Origin: a virus
Direction: 5' to 3' (one strand)
DNA: 64,000 bases
IMG/VR virus record: IMGVR_UViG_3300025141_008848
Location: 32,001 to 96,000 of that record
In this document: positions 9,974 through 19,597 of the stretch, one piece after another
How positions within the stretch are numbered: position 1 is the stretch's first letter
Layout: every line of letters begins with the position of its first letter
Translations under genes and position numbers: made by a program
Notes under the pieces: generated by a model
What the model was told of the DNA's origin: nothing
Seen by the model: only the letters and a program-made list of their open reading frames with translations
The model's database searches: none

Positions 9974-10486
9974 ATGAAGAAAATTAAATTAAAAGAAGAA
10001 GAATTAGTGAGTCTAATTCAAAAACTAGTTAAAGAAAACCTAGGTAGTGGAAATGGTCAAAACTTTGGAATGATGGGAACACCAACGGCAAAGTATAAAG
10101 AAATGTTTGAAGCTGAAAATATCGAAGAAGATAGTGAAGGTGAAGAAACTTATAACTATGGTGAAGATGAAGGTGAGGACCGAAAAGAAGAAGGTAGATT
10201 AGAGGATGAAAAAGATATGGCTCCCCATGATAGGATTCGTGAGATAGAAAAACATTTAGATGCACTTAAAGATGACATGTCTTATGATGAAGACCATGAA
10301 GATAGAGATGAGGAAGGTGAACATTTTGAGGGCCTAGATAAAGAAGGTACCTATAAAGGAGCACCTAGTAAAGTAGAAAAAAGAGATACGTATGATGGGA
10401 GACCAGGAAAAGTGGTTGGTGTATACTCAAACATAAAAGACCAAAGAAATGAGTCTAGAAAAATAAAACGTACATTAAAAAAATAA
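9974..10486 (+). CDS. Acidic protein, putative internal head protein
   Basis: N-terminal 'MKKIKLKEEELVSLIQKLVKE' motif and a strongly D/E-rich body. Confidence 0.5.
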   Translation: MKKIKLKEEELVSLIQKLVKENLGSGNGQNFGMMGTPTAKYKEMFEAENIEEDSEGEETYNYGEDEGEDRKEEGRLEDEKDMAPHDRIREIEKHLDALKDDMSYDEDHEDRDEEGEHFEGLDKEGTYKGAPSKVEKRDTYDGRPGKVVGVYSNIKDQRNESRKIKRTLKK

Positions 10487-10492
10487 CTAACA

Positions 10493-10978
10493 ATGAGAAA
10501 TAGATTTAAACTTAACGAAGAAGAAAAAAATAGAATTAGAGGTTTACACGGAATAAGCGTTATAACGGAACAAGATGACGCTTCGTTTGAGGTGGTAAAT
10601 GCTGTGGATGACGAAGAGGGTGTAGTAACAGCAGATACTCAAGGAGAACCAGAGGTTGAAGAGATAGTAGACGACGAAATAACAGCTGAAGAAATAGTTG
10701 ATGTACCAGAGGATGAAGATTCTTGGTTAGAAGAGAGATGGGAAGACCTATCAGAAGTAGTTAGAAATATATTCCGAAGAAGTAAGGCGTTCGCTGCTTG
10801 TAAACCATCAGTAACATCTTGTCCAGCCTTTAATGAGGTAAGTAGAAGACGTAAAAAAAGAATATTACGTGGTATAAGTTTGTCTTGGCCAAAAATAAAA
10901 TGGCCGAAATTTGTGTTACGTTTTCCTAAAATACGTTTTAGAAAAAATCCTTTTAAAGGAGCTGGAAAACATCACTAA
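10493..10978 (+). CDS. Hypothetical protein with acidic N-half and basic/aromatic C-tail
   Basis: N-terminal 'RFKLNEEEKNRIRGLH..ITEQ' motif and an R/K/W/F/P-rich C-terminus. Confidence 0.5.
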   Translation: MRNRFKLNEEEKNRIRGLHGISVITEQDDASFEVVNAVDDEEGVVTADTQGEPEVEEIVDDEITAEEIVDVPEDEDSWLEERWEDLSEVVRNIFRRSKAFAACKPSVTSCPAFNEVSRRRKKRILRGISLSWPKIKWPKFVLRFPKIRFRKNPFKGAGKHH

Positions 10979-11006
10979 ATTCTACCTGCTAAAAAGAAGA
11001 TAAATT

Positions 11007-11031
11007 AAAAGGTCCGGAAGGACCTTTTTTT
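11007..11031. terminator. Bidirectional Rho-independent terminator
   Basis: AAAAGGTCC-GGAA-GGACCTTTTTTT (GNRA loop) between convergent genes. Confidence 0.85.
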
Positions 11032-11266
11032 ATTTCACTAATTTACCAGCATTTAATAATAATAAAACTAATATCATTGGAGCGAGTATAGGGGCTTTAA
11101 GTATGTGGGTAATGATATAGAACACATACCATCTGTTAGTTGGTTCATCCCCTCGTCTAGACTCAAACGATAAATAACCACCATAAATGTCTTTTTCGTT
11201 AATTAACAAAAATACAAACATTAGTATTTGTGATATAATAAGATAAGATATGATATATTCTAACAT
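11030..11266 (-). CDS. Small membrane protein (two hydrophobic segments)
   Basis: Two long hydrophobic runs flank a charged loop. Co-oriented with the upstream lipoprotein. Confidence 0.55.
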   Translation of the reverse strand: MLEYIISYLIISQILMFVFLLINEKDIYGGYLSFESRRGDEPTNRWYVFYIITHILKAPILAPMILVLLLLNAGKLVK

Positions 11267-11330
11267 AATTTTATTTTTTTTTTAAGGGTTAAACTTCTAT
11301 ACTAATATATACGAGTATATTGAAGATAGG

Positions 11331-11909
11331 TTACAATTTTTTAAATCTAAGTTTGGTAAAATAATAGTAATTGTACCCACCAATATTTTCATAAGTCTCT
11401 TGTACATATATATTAATTATTTTATTTTCTATATTTACTACTTCATACTGTATTGGTCTTGATGAACCACCTAAAAGTGAGTAAGTACTTGATATGTCTT
11501 CAGTTATTGTAATGTTATTATTGGTGACGGATAAACCATAGGGGTATATAGAATCACCATTCAGAGTAAATACACCATTACCAGGGATATTTTTGGGAAA
11601 CTCAAAACACCATACTGTTTCATACCTTACTAAAGACTCGATATCGTATAAAGAAATACCATCGTATCTTAAACTACTTTGGACACCACTATCAAACAAA
11701 AATTCTTCACTAGTCTCCTCAGTATCTAAATTTTGTACATACATAGTTCCTTTAACCAAACTCCAACAACCATTTAAAAAGTCTACATGGGTCTGACCCC
11801 CATTATTTTGGGTGGTTGGGTAAGTTGTTGTACAAGGTGGGTATACCTGTTCTTTCACACAGGAAACCAGAACCAACATCAACGACAATATTTTTATTAG
11901 ATTTTTCAT
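11331..11909 (-). CDS. Lipoprotein (lipocalin-like beta protein)
   Basis: Signal peptide II 'MKNLIKILSLMLVLVS-C', and 'LNGCWSL' resembles the lipocalin GxW motif. Confidence 0.7.
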   Translation of the reverse strand: MKNLIKILSLMLVLVSCVKEQVYPPCTTTYPTTQNNGGQTHVDFLNGCWSLVKGTMYVQNLDTEETSEEFLFDSGVQSSLRYDGISLYDIESLVRYETVWCFEFPKNIPGNGVFTLNGDSIYPYGLSVTNNNITITEDISSTYSLLGGSSRPIQYEVVNIENKIINIYVQETYENIGGYNYYYFTKLRFKKL

Positions 11910-11913
11910 ACTA

Positions 11914-11945
11914 CAAAGATAAACAATTAAAATGAATAAACCAAA
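11914..11945 (-). promoter_or_regulatory. Bacteroidota-type primary sigma promoter (-33 TTTG / -7 TAnnTTTG)
   Basis: The minus strand reads TTTG-N20-TATCTTTG, then 4 nt, then the lipoprotein ATG. Confidence 0.7.
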
Positions 11946-11965
11946 TTATTTTATATTTATATTAT

Positions 11966-12832
11966 ATGTCAAAACAAATTATAATAAGTAAAAATCAGTT
12001 AAGTCTTTTAAGTAATTTATTAAAAGAAGAAGAAGTTACGGACTCATCTAATGTTAGAGCGTATTCTTTTGACTGGGATGATAATATCATTAATATGCCT
12101 ACGATTATTAAAATGTTAAAGTCTGGTGATGATGGTTGGGAAAATGTAAGTGTGAGTACTGAAGATTTTGCCTCATTTAGGAATAATAAAGACTATAAAT
12201 TAGATGTGGGTGCTTTTGACAATTTTGTAGATGATGAGGCATTCTTAACAGATTTAGATAAAGCATTAAAAAATAATTCATTCGCCCCATCATTTGATAA
12301 ATTTAAAGAAGCATTAATTTACGCAAACCCCATATCAATTATTACCGCTAGAGGTCATAAACCAGAAACACTAAGGAAGGGGATGGACCTGGTAATCTCC
12401 CACACATTCACCGAAGAAGAGCTAGCCAACATGATAGACAATATACAACAAAATACCCCAGAACTTGATGGACAAAATGCTGATATAATACTAAAAACTT
12501 ATTTAGATAGTCATGATTACCATCCAGTAACTTCTAATTCTTTTACTGATACGTTTGGCCTGGAGGGGGGGTCCGCCGCAAATCCAGAAGAAAATAAAAA
12601 AATAGCTTTAAGAGATTATGTAAGTAAAATAGTGATGAAAACTAAAGAGATGTTGGGTACCAGTTATAATAAATTATCGGTTGGTTTTAGTGATGATGAT
12701 TTAGGTAACATAAACGCGATGATACCTTTTATACGAGAGGTGTTACAGGTGGAGTTTCCTGAGGTAGATTTTATAGTTTACGACACTTCAGAGGGCGGTA
12801 TGAAGAAAATAGTACTAAAACAAACGAATTAA
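11966..12832 (+). CDS. HAD-superfamily phosphatase/nucleotidase-like protein
   Basis: Motif I 'FDWDDNI', motif II 'IITARG', a conserved Lys in 'ENKK' and motif IV 'GFSDDD'. TATTTATA at 11954-11961. Confidence 0.7.
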   Translation: MSKQIIISKNQLSLLSNLLKEEEVTDSSNVRAYSFDWDDNIINMPTIIKMLKSGDDGWENVSVSTEDFASFRNNKDYKLDVGAFDNFVDDEAFLTDLDKALKNNSFAPSFDKFKEALIYANPISIITARGHKPETLRKGMDLVISHTFTEEELANMIDNIQQNTPELDGQNADIILKTYLDSHDYHPVTSNSFTDTFGLEGGSAANPEENKKIALRDYVSKIVMKTKEMLGTSYNKLSVGFSDDDLGNINAMIPFIREVLQVEFPEVDFIVYDTSEGGMKKIVLKQTN

Positions 12833-12903
12833 GTCATTTTTTCTATTACCGATATATTTATAGTATATAATAAAAAACTAACACAGTAAAAAATTAAAAA
12901 ATT

Positions 12904-13392
12904 ATGGCCGACTTATTAATGAAAATGCCGATACCCTACGAACCTAAGAAAAAGAATAGGTTTATAATGAGATTTGATTCATCTCTAGGTATTAACGAAT
13001 GGTATGTAGAAAGTACATCCAGACCCCAAGTTACTATAGGAGCTGTAGAAATACCATTTTTAAATACATCCACATATGTAGCTGGTAGATTTGTGTGGAA
13101 TACAATAAATGTAACGTTTAGAGACCCAATTGGACCATCTGCTTCACAAGCATTAATGGAGTGGGTTAGAGCACACGCAGAATCAGTGACAGGTAGAATG
13201 GGTTACGCGGCAGGATACAAGAAAGATATCGGACTAGAATTACTAGACCCAACTGGAGTTGTTGTGGAAAAATGGATACTTCAAGGATGTTTCTTAACTG
13301 ATGTTAATTTTAATGACTTAGCTTATAGTGATGAAGGTCTTGTAAATATTGCAGCCACATTAAGACCGGATAGGTGTGTATTAGTTTACTAA
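12904..13392 (+). CDS. Tail tube protein (T4 gp19-like)
   Basis: 'YEPKKKNRF', 'YVAGRFVWNTINVTFRD', 'YKKDIGLELLDPTGVVVEKWILQGCF'. TATTTATA at 12855-12862. Confidence 0.9.
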   Translation: MADLLMKMPIPYEPKKKNRFIMRFDSSLGINEWYVESTSRPQVTIGAVEIPFLNTSTYVAGRFVWNTINVTFRDPIGPSASQALMEWVRAHAESVTGRMGYAAGYKKDIGLELLDPTGVVVEKWILQGCFLTDVNFNDLAYSDEGLVNIAATLRPDRCVLVY

Positions 13393-13413
13393 TTAAAAAT
13401 ACATAAATTTTAT

Positions 13414-13438
13414 AAAACCCTTTAATTAGGGTTTTTTT
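13414..13438 (+). terminator. Rho-independent terminator after tail tube
   Basis: AAAACCCT-TTAATT-AGGGTTTTTTT. Confidence 0.75.
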
Positions 13439-13557
13439 ATTGCTTATCACTTGACTTTATTTGTATAGTTTATAATTCTTATAGCGCAACCTATTTAAAT
13501 TAATAAAAACTAAACATATATATTTACAATTATAATATATATATTAAATTATAAGCT

Positions 13558-14316
13558 ATGCAAGAACAAATGGGACAACAACCCGAAACTATACTACCAT
13601 ATGATGTGGTAACCTTACCTTCACAGGGGATATTTTATAAAAATAAAAAGAAGTCTGTAAAGGTAACTTATTTAAACGCTTCCGACGAAAATTTACTTGC
13701 TACACCATCACTACAAGCAAACGGTGAATTAGTGAATACTCTACTTTCTAGAAAAATTTTAGATAAAGATATTAATATTATGGATATGCCAGAATGTGAT
13801 AAGGAAGCTATTTTGGTTTTTTTACGTAATACAGCCTTTGGTTCAGACTATTCCATAACATTAACAGACCCTAAGACTAAGAAATCTTTTGATACTACGA
13901 TTGACCTCGCTGTTTTAAAAACAAATGAGGTTGGTGTCGAAGTAGACGAAAAAAATGAATTCGAATTTTATCTAGAGGTATCTAAACAAAAAGTAAAACT
14001 TGCGTTTTTAACGCCAGAAAACGAGAGAACATTAAAAACTCTTGATGAGGAAAACAAAAAATCTCCTATTAGTAACTATATGACTAGACAATTAGAAATG
14101 TTAGTTAAAGAGATAGATGGTAATAGACAACCGATGACTATTGCAAACCAAATACAAATAATGCCAATTCGAGACTCCCAAGCTATTAGAAAGATAGTAA
14201 GAGAGAACTCGCCTTCACTAGACCTAACTATCTCCGTGTTAACTCCGTCGAATGAAGAGATAAATGCGAGAATTACATTCGGGGTTGAGTTTTTTCGCCC
14301 TTTCTACGGCATATAG
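13558..14316 (+). CDS. Baseplate hub/tail assembly chaperone (T4 gp26-like)
   Basis: 'VTLPSQGIFY', 'DKEAILVFLRNTAFGSDY' and C-terminal 'GVEFFRP'. Located between the tube and tape measure genes. Confidence 0.65.
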   Translation: MQEQMGQQPETILPYDVVTLPSQGIFYKNKKKSVKVTYLNASDENLLATPSLQANGELVNTLLSRKILDKDINIMDMPECDKEAILVFLRNTAFGSDYSITLTDPKTKKSFDTTIDLAVLKTNEVGVEVDEKNEFEFYLEVSKQKVKLAFLTPENERTLKTLDEENKKSPISNYMTRQLEMLVKEIDGNRQPMTIANQIQIMPIRDSQAIRKIVRENSPSLDLTISVLTPSNEEINARITFGVEFFRPFYGI

Positions 14317-14488
14317 GAATGCCCTATTGCAAGAATTTTATTATTTAATGAGACACCTCCATATATCATGGGTAGACCTCCTGTCTATGCCTACATTTGA
14401 ACGTAGATTTTATATAAACTTCCTAACAGAAGAGTTCCAAAAGAAAAATGAGGCAGTATCACAAGCAAAAAACAAAAACAAATTCTAA
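14264..14488 (+). CDS. Chaperone partner (gp51-like/GT-like), possibly made by frameshift from the upstream gene
   Basis: 'SWVDLLSMPTFERRFYI' motif. Overlaps the upstream ORF in the +1 frame across a T6 run. Confidence 0.55.
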   Translation: MRELHSGLSFFALSTAYRNALLQEFYYLMRHLHISWVDLLSMPTFERRFYINFLTEEFQKKNEAVSQAKNKNKF

Positions 14489-14512
14489 CTATTTATAGTA
14501 AAAGTACTATAA

Positions 14513-16462
14513 ATGACAATTCAAGAAGAATTACTTAAGGCAGCCAGGGACAAGAAAACCTGGATACAATTATCTGGTCCCCAGCAAGATGAAGCTAGAA
14601 ACCAATCCTACGACCCAACCAGTTGGAACGCAGCTTTTGCACCTCCAGTTAGTAGGAATAGGTCAGGACCACCAGTAACACCAGGAACTACATGGGAAAA
14701 ATTACAAAAACTTGTTACAGAAAGGACACCAAATAAAGGTTTAGAAGTTGGTGACCTGGAAAAAATGTCTACAATACTTAAAGAAATTAGAACTGCAAAT
14801 GTTGGAACTATAGCTCAGATGGAAGTAATTCTTGACCTATTAGCTTTAGAAGACACTATAAGGTTAGATATATCCAAGTCACTGGGTATGTCCAACGAAC
14901 AACTGTTTGATACTATTGGTGGTTTAAATGAAGCGGGTATGGCCGCAGCTCAGTTTGCTCTAACAGTTGATGACTTATTTGCGACATTTAAAGAAATGTC
15001 CATGGAAGTTGGGAGAAACATATATATACCACCGGAAACAGTGACAAGAGCTGCACTACTAACCAAAACATTAGACGGATTTGATGCTGGATTATTTGCA
15101 GAAGGGTTTGACACGATAGGTTTAAGTTTAGAGACTGCAATGGGAGCGGTAGATGAAAGTGATAATTCCATGTCGGAGATACTACAAACAGGTAGAGAGT
15201 TTGGTGTGGTTATGGAAAAATTTCTAGGTAATGTTGGTTCTAATCTAAAATTAATTAATACATATGGATTTGAAAAGGGTATTGCTGGATTAGGAAGTAT
15301 GGTTGCGAGAGGACAGGCATTGGGTATAGAAATGAGTACTGTTACTAGTTTAGCTGATAAATTCTTTGACCCAGAAGGTGCAATTGATTTCGCTGCACAA
15401 ATGAATGTAATAGGTGGTGCTGTTGGTGATTTAGCCGACCCATTCAAACTTATGTATATGGCAACAAACGACTTAGAAGGTCTACAAGTAGCCATTGCAG
15501 ATACCGCTGCGGCTGCTGTACATTTTGATAAAGAAAAAAATAAATTCTCGATATCACCAGATTCAAGAAGACAGTTAAAGGCAATGGCCGAACAAATGGG
15601 TATGAGTTACCAAGAATTAGCGGATACTGCAGTTAGGTCAGCTAGAAGAGCCGAAGTATTTACCCAGATTGGAGACTTTAGTGATATGAAGGAAACCGAT
15701 AAAGAACTACTAGCTTCAATGGCTCAGATTGGAAAAGGTGGTAGAGCGGAGGTAAAAATACCAGGAATTGAAGAAATGGTGGATGTTTCTAATGTTACCG
15801 AACAACAAATGGAACTATTAAGAAAAGAAGGTATGTCCGATAGTGATATCTACGCACAACAACTTACAGTAGCTGAAAAGGCAAATCAAATGTTAGCGAC
15901 AATAGACGCTAGTATGAGATTATTTGTGGGACAATCTGGGATTAATGATGAAGGTATTAAAAGAGAGTCACTAACCCAAACGATAGCAGGGTCACTTCCT
16001 GGTTTATCACCAGAAGATTTACAAGATTTAAGAGATGGTGATTTTGATAAAATTGAAGCTAAGATTGAAAAAGCTGGACTTGATGGGGCAACCAAAGCAC
16101 TAAAGGAATTAAAAAAGATGCAAGTTAACGATGCGATAATCACTCCAGAGGGTATAACCACTTTTGATAAAGGTGACATTTTAGTAGCCGCACAAAAAGC
16201 AAACGTCCATCTTGGGGATGGACAAGATAATGCAAGTAGAACAGAGACACTAAGTAAAAGCATAACAGAACACACAAATACCAATACAAATACTAATAAT
16301 ACATCTTTTAGAGGAGCTAAATTAGAATTAAGTGGTAATATTAATGTGAATAATGGGGAAGGTAAAATGAATGGACAACAGTTTTTAAAATTACTAGAGA
16401 TGGACAGGGGAGTCGCTTTACAAGCAAGTAAATTAATAAGTGACGCAATGGGCCAAGGATAG
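14513..16462 (+). CDS. Tape measure protein
   Basis: Helical A/G/M/L-rich 649-aa protein directly after the tube and chaperone genes. TATTTATA at 14490-14497. Confidence 0.75.
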   Translation: MTIQEELLKAARDKKTWIQLSGPQQDEARNQSYDPTSWNAAFAPPVSRNRSGPPVTPGTTWEKLQKLVTERTPNKGLEVGDLEKMSTILKEIRTANVGTIAQMEVILDLLALEDTIRLDISKSLGMSNEQLFDTIGGLNEAGMAAAQFALTVDDLFATFKEMSMEVGRNIYIPPETVTRAALLTKTLDGFDAGLFAEGFDTIGLSLETAMGAVDESDNSMSEILQTGREFGVVMEKFLGNVGSNLKLINTYGFEKGIAGLGSMVARGQALGIEMSTVTSLADKFFDPEGAIDFAAQMNVIGGAVGDLADPFKLMYMATNDLEGLQVAIADTAAAAVHFDKEKNKFSISPDSRRQLKAMAEQMGMSYQELADTAVRSARRAEVFTQIGDFSDMKETDKELLASMAQIGKGGRAEVKIPGIEEMVDVSNVTEQQMELLRKEGMSDSDIYAQQLTVAEKANQMLATIDASMRLFVGQSGINDEGIKRESLTQTIAGSLPGLSPEDLQDLRDGDFDKIEAKIEKAGLDGATKALKELKKMQVNDAIITPEGITTFDKGDILVAAQKANVHLGDGQDNASRTETLSKSITEHTNTNTNTNNTSFRGAKLELSGNINVNNGEGKMNGQQFLKLLEMDRGVALQASKLISDAMGQG

Positions 16463-16529
16463 GAGTATTATTTACCTAAACACTTTTACAAAATCACCTT
16501 ACAATCTATTTATTATAAAAGAATAATAA

Positions 16530-19500
16530 ATGTCAATAGGAACAAATACAGGAGGAGTGCAAGCATTTGGTATGATGGGGCCTTATAAACCCAATGTCGC
16601 ATCCACCAAAAGCATAAGGACATTCCTACTAGGTAAAAACCTACAGAGTTCCTATTTAGCGGATGGTAATCCTGTATCACCATCTTTTGGTATCCAACCA
16701 CCAGGAAATCAAATAATAAATGAAATACACGAACAATCGGTAATAGACCACCCAACAGTAGAAGAGACCGCACAACCAAAACTAAAGAGTTTATTTTTAG
16801 ATAATAGTTATGGTCCAGAAGACGGGTACACCGATGTTCAAATAATAGACGTTAAAAAAGTATTACCTAGAAGAGGTGTGGACTACATAACACCATATAC
16901 ATTACAACCTAAATCATTTGTTTCTTCCGAGTATACTCCAGGTGAGATACTCGAAACAGTAAATATAACTAATGGAATTGTTAATACAGTTAATAGTAAA
17001 ATTTTAAATGATAGTGAATTACAACAAAGGTCTAGTGGAGCATTAAGAGAACAATTAGGTTATAATCAAGGGTGGTTTGATAAAGATACAAGTGAGACCG
17101 GTTCCTATGTCTTTAATGTAAGTGCGTCTCCAGGAAAAAAAGAATTAACAGGCACTGATTATTTATCCAGAATAACTAATTTATATTACGGATACTCAAA
17201 TATACCAGGGTATTATTTTGCAGGAATCTTTAAACCAGATATTAATTATTTGGTTAAAAATGGGGTTAGTATGACAGATACTTTTGGTAATGTACAGGCG
17301 ACAGCCAATGCTCTAGCTAATATACTAGGAGGTGGGAATAACATACCCACGACGCCCACACAAAATCCCGAACCAAGTGATAGATTTATCACCTATATGG
17401 GTGAAGAACAACAACATGTATTATTTACTTCTTTAAGTTATAACAAATATAGACCAGATTATTCTAGGGTACAACTAAGACAATCTGTAGATAATGTAAC
17501 CCCATACTACTATGTAGGGTCCAAAGAATCGGACCCAAGCACTATACAATCTCCAATGGGAGCCATTCCGATGGATGAATTTGGTAGACCAGTATTAGCT
17601 CTAGTATATGGACCATCTACATTAGCAAAACAATTAGAAACAGTAAATGGACAAGCGTTGTGGCCTTATTATATGTTTGGTCTGGAAGGGAGTGCGTATA
17701 TCGATGGTGGTAGTTTAGCGGGTGGTTGGACCTGGATGGGAAACCAATCATTTGCCTCATTAAACGCACCATATGATTTATTAGCAACTAGGTCATTCCA
17801 AAAACCAAAACGAAAAGGCGGGATATTAGACCAAACTCAGAAATTAATAGACTCCGCCCCACTAATGGGAGGTGCTAGAAGAAAACATGCTGGTCATGCC
17901 ATAGACCAGACCTCAAAAGTATTTAATGATGGGTACAAAGACATATCTAAAGGTTCCGGAGTTAGATTTGTGGATGAAAGTAAGGGTGTTTTTGGTATTG
18001 GAGCTGGATTAGTAGCGAGAGAATTTTGTAGGACTTGGACAAAAGATAACCCATATTATAAAATGAGTAATCTACAACGATATAAAGGTAATCATTTAGG
18101 TAAGGAAGGGTCAGTACTAACAAATACATTTAATTTAAATATTGCTCCTATTTTTGGAGTAAATGTAGATGCGAATGCAACAGAAAAAAATGTAAAAAAA
18201 TATATGTTTTCTATTGAAAATCTTGCGTGGAGAGGTACTTCTGAACTTTTACAATTACCTAAATCTGAAAGAGGGCCCGGTGGTGGTAGGGTTATGTGGT
18301 TTCCTCCATATGAGTTAACCGTTGGTGATACTAGTTCGGCTCAGTGGAACCCAGTAACTTTTTTAGGAAGGCCCGAACCTATATATACGTATAGTCACGC
18401 AGAAAGAATTGGTACTTTAGGATTTAAAATAGTAGTTGACCATCCATCGATATTAAATACTATTGTTGAAAACACATTAAAAGGTATTCCGGACTATGTT
18501 GCGGACCAAGCATTAGAAGCTTTCTTTGCTGGATGTAAAGAATATGATATTTACGAATTAGCTGCTATGTACCCTAATTTATCTGTGGATGATATTATTA
18601 CCTTACAGAATGATGTAACTGCAGAATTTAAGTCAGACGCAAAAGAAACACTTAAAGATAACACTAATGGTGTAAACTCAGCAACAAAACCTGTGGGAGA
18701 TGATGATTTTCCTAATGATGCTAATAGTGCAAGCTCGGATGGGTCATTCCCTAATACAGCCAACAACAATACAGAAAATACATCCAAAGGAGTATCATTT
18801 GCTTCTTTTTGGGAAAAACTAAAAGGTGAAAAACCAACACAAGAAGAACAAAACGCAGCAAACAATAAAGTAACAACAACTAAAAAATTAGATACAGCAA
18901 AAATACTGGCTAAATTATTAGGAGAAGAGAATTATTTTAACGCATTAAAAGAAGATGACGAGTTTGTGTACAACTCCTTAAAAAGAGAACTACAACACTT
19001 CCACCCGTCATTTCACTCGATGACACCAGAAGGGTTAAATAACAGGTTAAGTTTCCTATTACAATGTACTAGACCAGGGAATACAATACCAACCGTAAAC
19101 CAAGACGGTTCTTTAGATAGTGAAAGAGATGTTGATAATACTGCATTCGGAGCACCACCAGTTTGTATATTAAGGATTGGTGATTTTTACCACACTAAAA
19201 TTGCAATTGATTCTGTAAGTTTTAGTTACGACCCGTTAATACTTGATTTAAATCCTGAAGGAATAGGTGTACAACCTATGATAGCAACGGTTTCTATGAA
19301 CTTTAAATATATCGGGGGTCAAGGACTAGAAGGTCCAGTATCACAATTACAAAACGCTTTATCAAATAATTTCTTTGCTAACACAGAGATGTATAATAAT
19401 AGAAGCGTGAGTACAGCATCCGATGGAGAGAAAAGTATTGTAGACGAACAAGAAATAATAAGAGAGTTAGAAACTGAACAAGCTAACGCAGCGAATGGAG

Positions 19501-19583
19501 AGAAAGAAGGTAATGGTTCTAAAGGGTCGAGTTCAGATGGAGACCCATCAGGCAAAGGATGGAGTTGGTTTAAGAAGAAATAA
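16530..19583 (+). CDS. Baseplate/tube-initiator protein (gp48/gp54-like domain in a large protein)
   Basis: 'WNPVTFLGRPEPIYTYSHAERIGTLGFKIVVDHP' and 'PPVCILRIGDFYHTKIAIDSVSFSY' are tube-initiator-like. Follows the tape measure gene. TATTTATT at 16507-16514. Confidence 0.55.
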   Translation: MSIGTNTGGVQAFGMMGPYKPNVASTKSIRTFLLGKNLQSSYLADGNPVSPSFGIQPPGNQIINEIHEQSVIDHPTVEETAQPKLKSLFLDNSYGPEDGYTDVQIIDVKKVLPRRGVDYITPYTLQPKSFVSSEYTPGEILETVNITNGIVNTVNSKILNDSELQQRSSGALREQLGYNQGWFDKDTSETGSYVFNVSASPGKKELTGTDYLSRITNLYYGYSNIPGYYFAGIFKPDINYLVKNGVSMTDTFGNVQATANALANILGGGNNIPTTPTQNPEPSDRFITYMGEEQQHVLFTSLSYNKYRPDYSRVQLRQSVDNVTPYYYVGSKESDPSTIQSPMGAIPMDEFGRPVLALVYGPSTLAKQLETVNGQALWPYYMFGLEGSAYIDGGSLAGGWTWMGNQSFASLNAPYDLLATRSFQKPKRKGGILDQTQKLIDSAPLMGGARRKHAGHAIDQTSKVFNDGYKDISKGSGVRFVDESKGVFGIGAGLVAREFCRTWTKDNPYYKMSNLQRYKGNHLGKEGSVLTNTFNLNIAPIFGVNVDANATEKNVKKYMFSIENLAWRGTSELLQLPKSERGPGGGRVMWFPPYELTVGDTSSAQWNPVTFLGRPEPIYTYSHAERIGTLGFKIVVDHPSILNTIVENTLKGIPDYVADQALEAFFAGCKEYDIYELAAMYPNLSVDDIITLQNDVTAEFKSDAKETLKDNTNGVNSATKPVGDDDFPNDANSASSDGSFPNTANNNTENTSKGVSFASFWEKLKGEKPTQEEQNAANNKVTTTKKLDTAKILAKLLGEENYFNALKEDDEFVYNSLKRELQHFHPSFHSMTPEGLNNRLSFLLQCTRPGNTIPTVNQDGSLDSERDVDNTAFGAPPVCILRIGDFYHTKIAIDSVSFSYDPLILDLNPEGIGVQPMIATVSMNFKYIGGQGLEGPVSQLQNALSNNFFANTEMYNNRSVSTASDGEKSIVDEQEIIRELETEQANAANGEKEGNGSKGSSSDGDPSGKGWSWFKKK

Positions 19584-19597
19584 TTAAAAACTAAAAA

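Noticed and set aside
13451-13476. Sigma70 promoter TTGACT...TATAAT before the chaperone gene
   Set aside because: The spacer is only 14 nt and the region is very AT-rich, so a chance match is likely.
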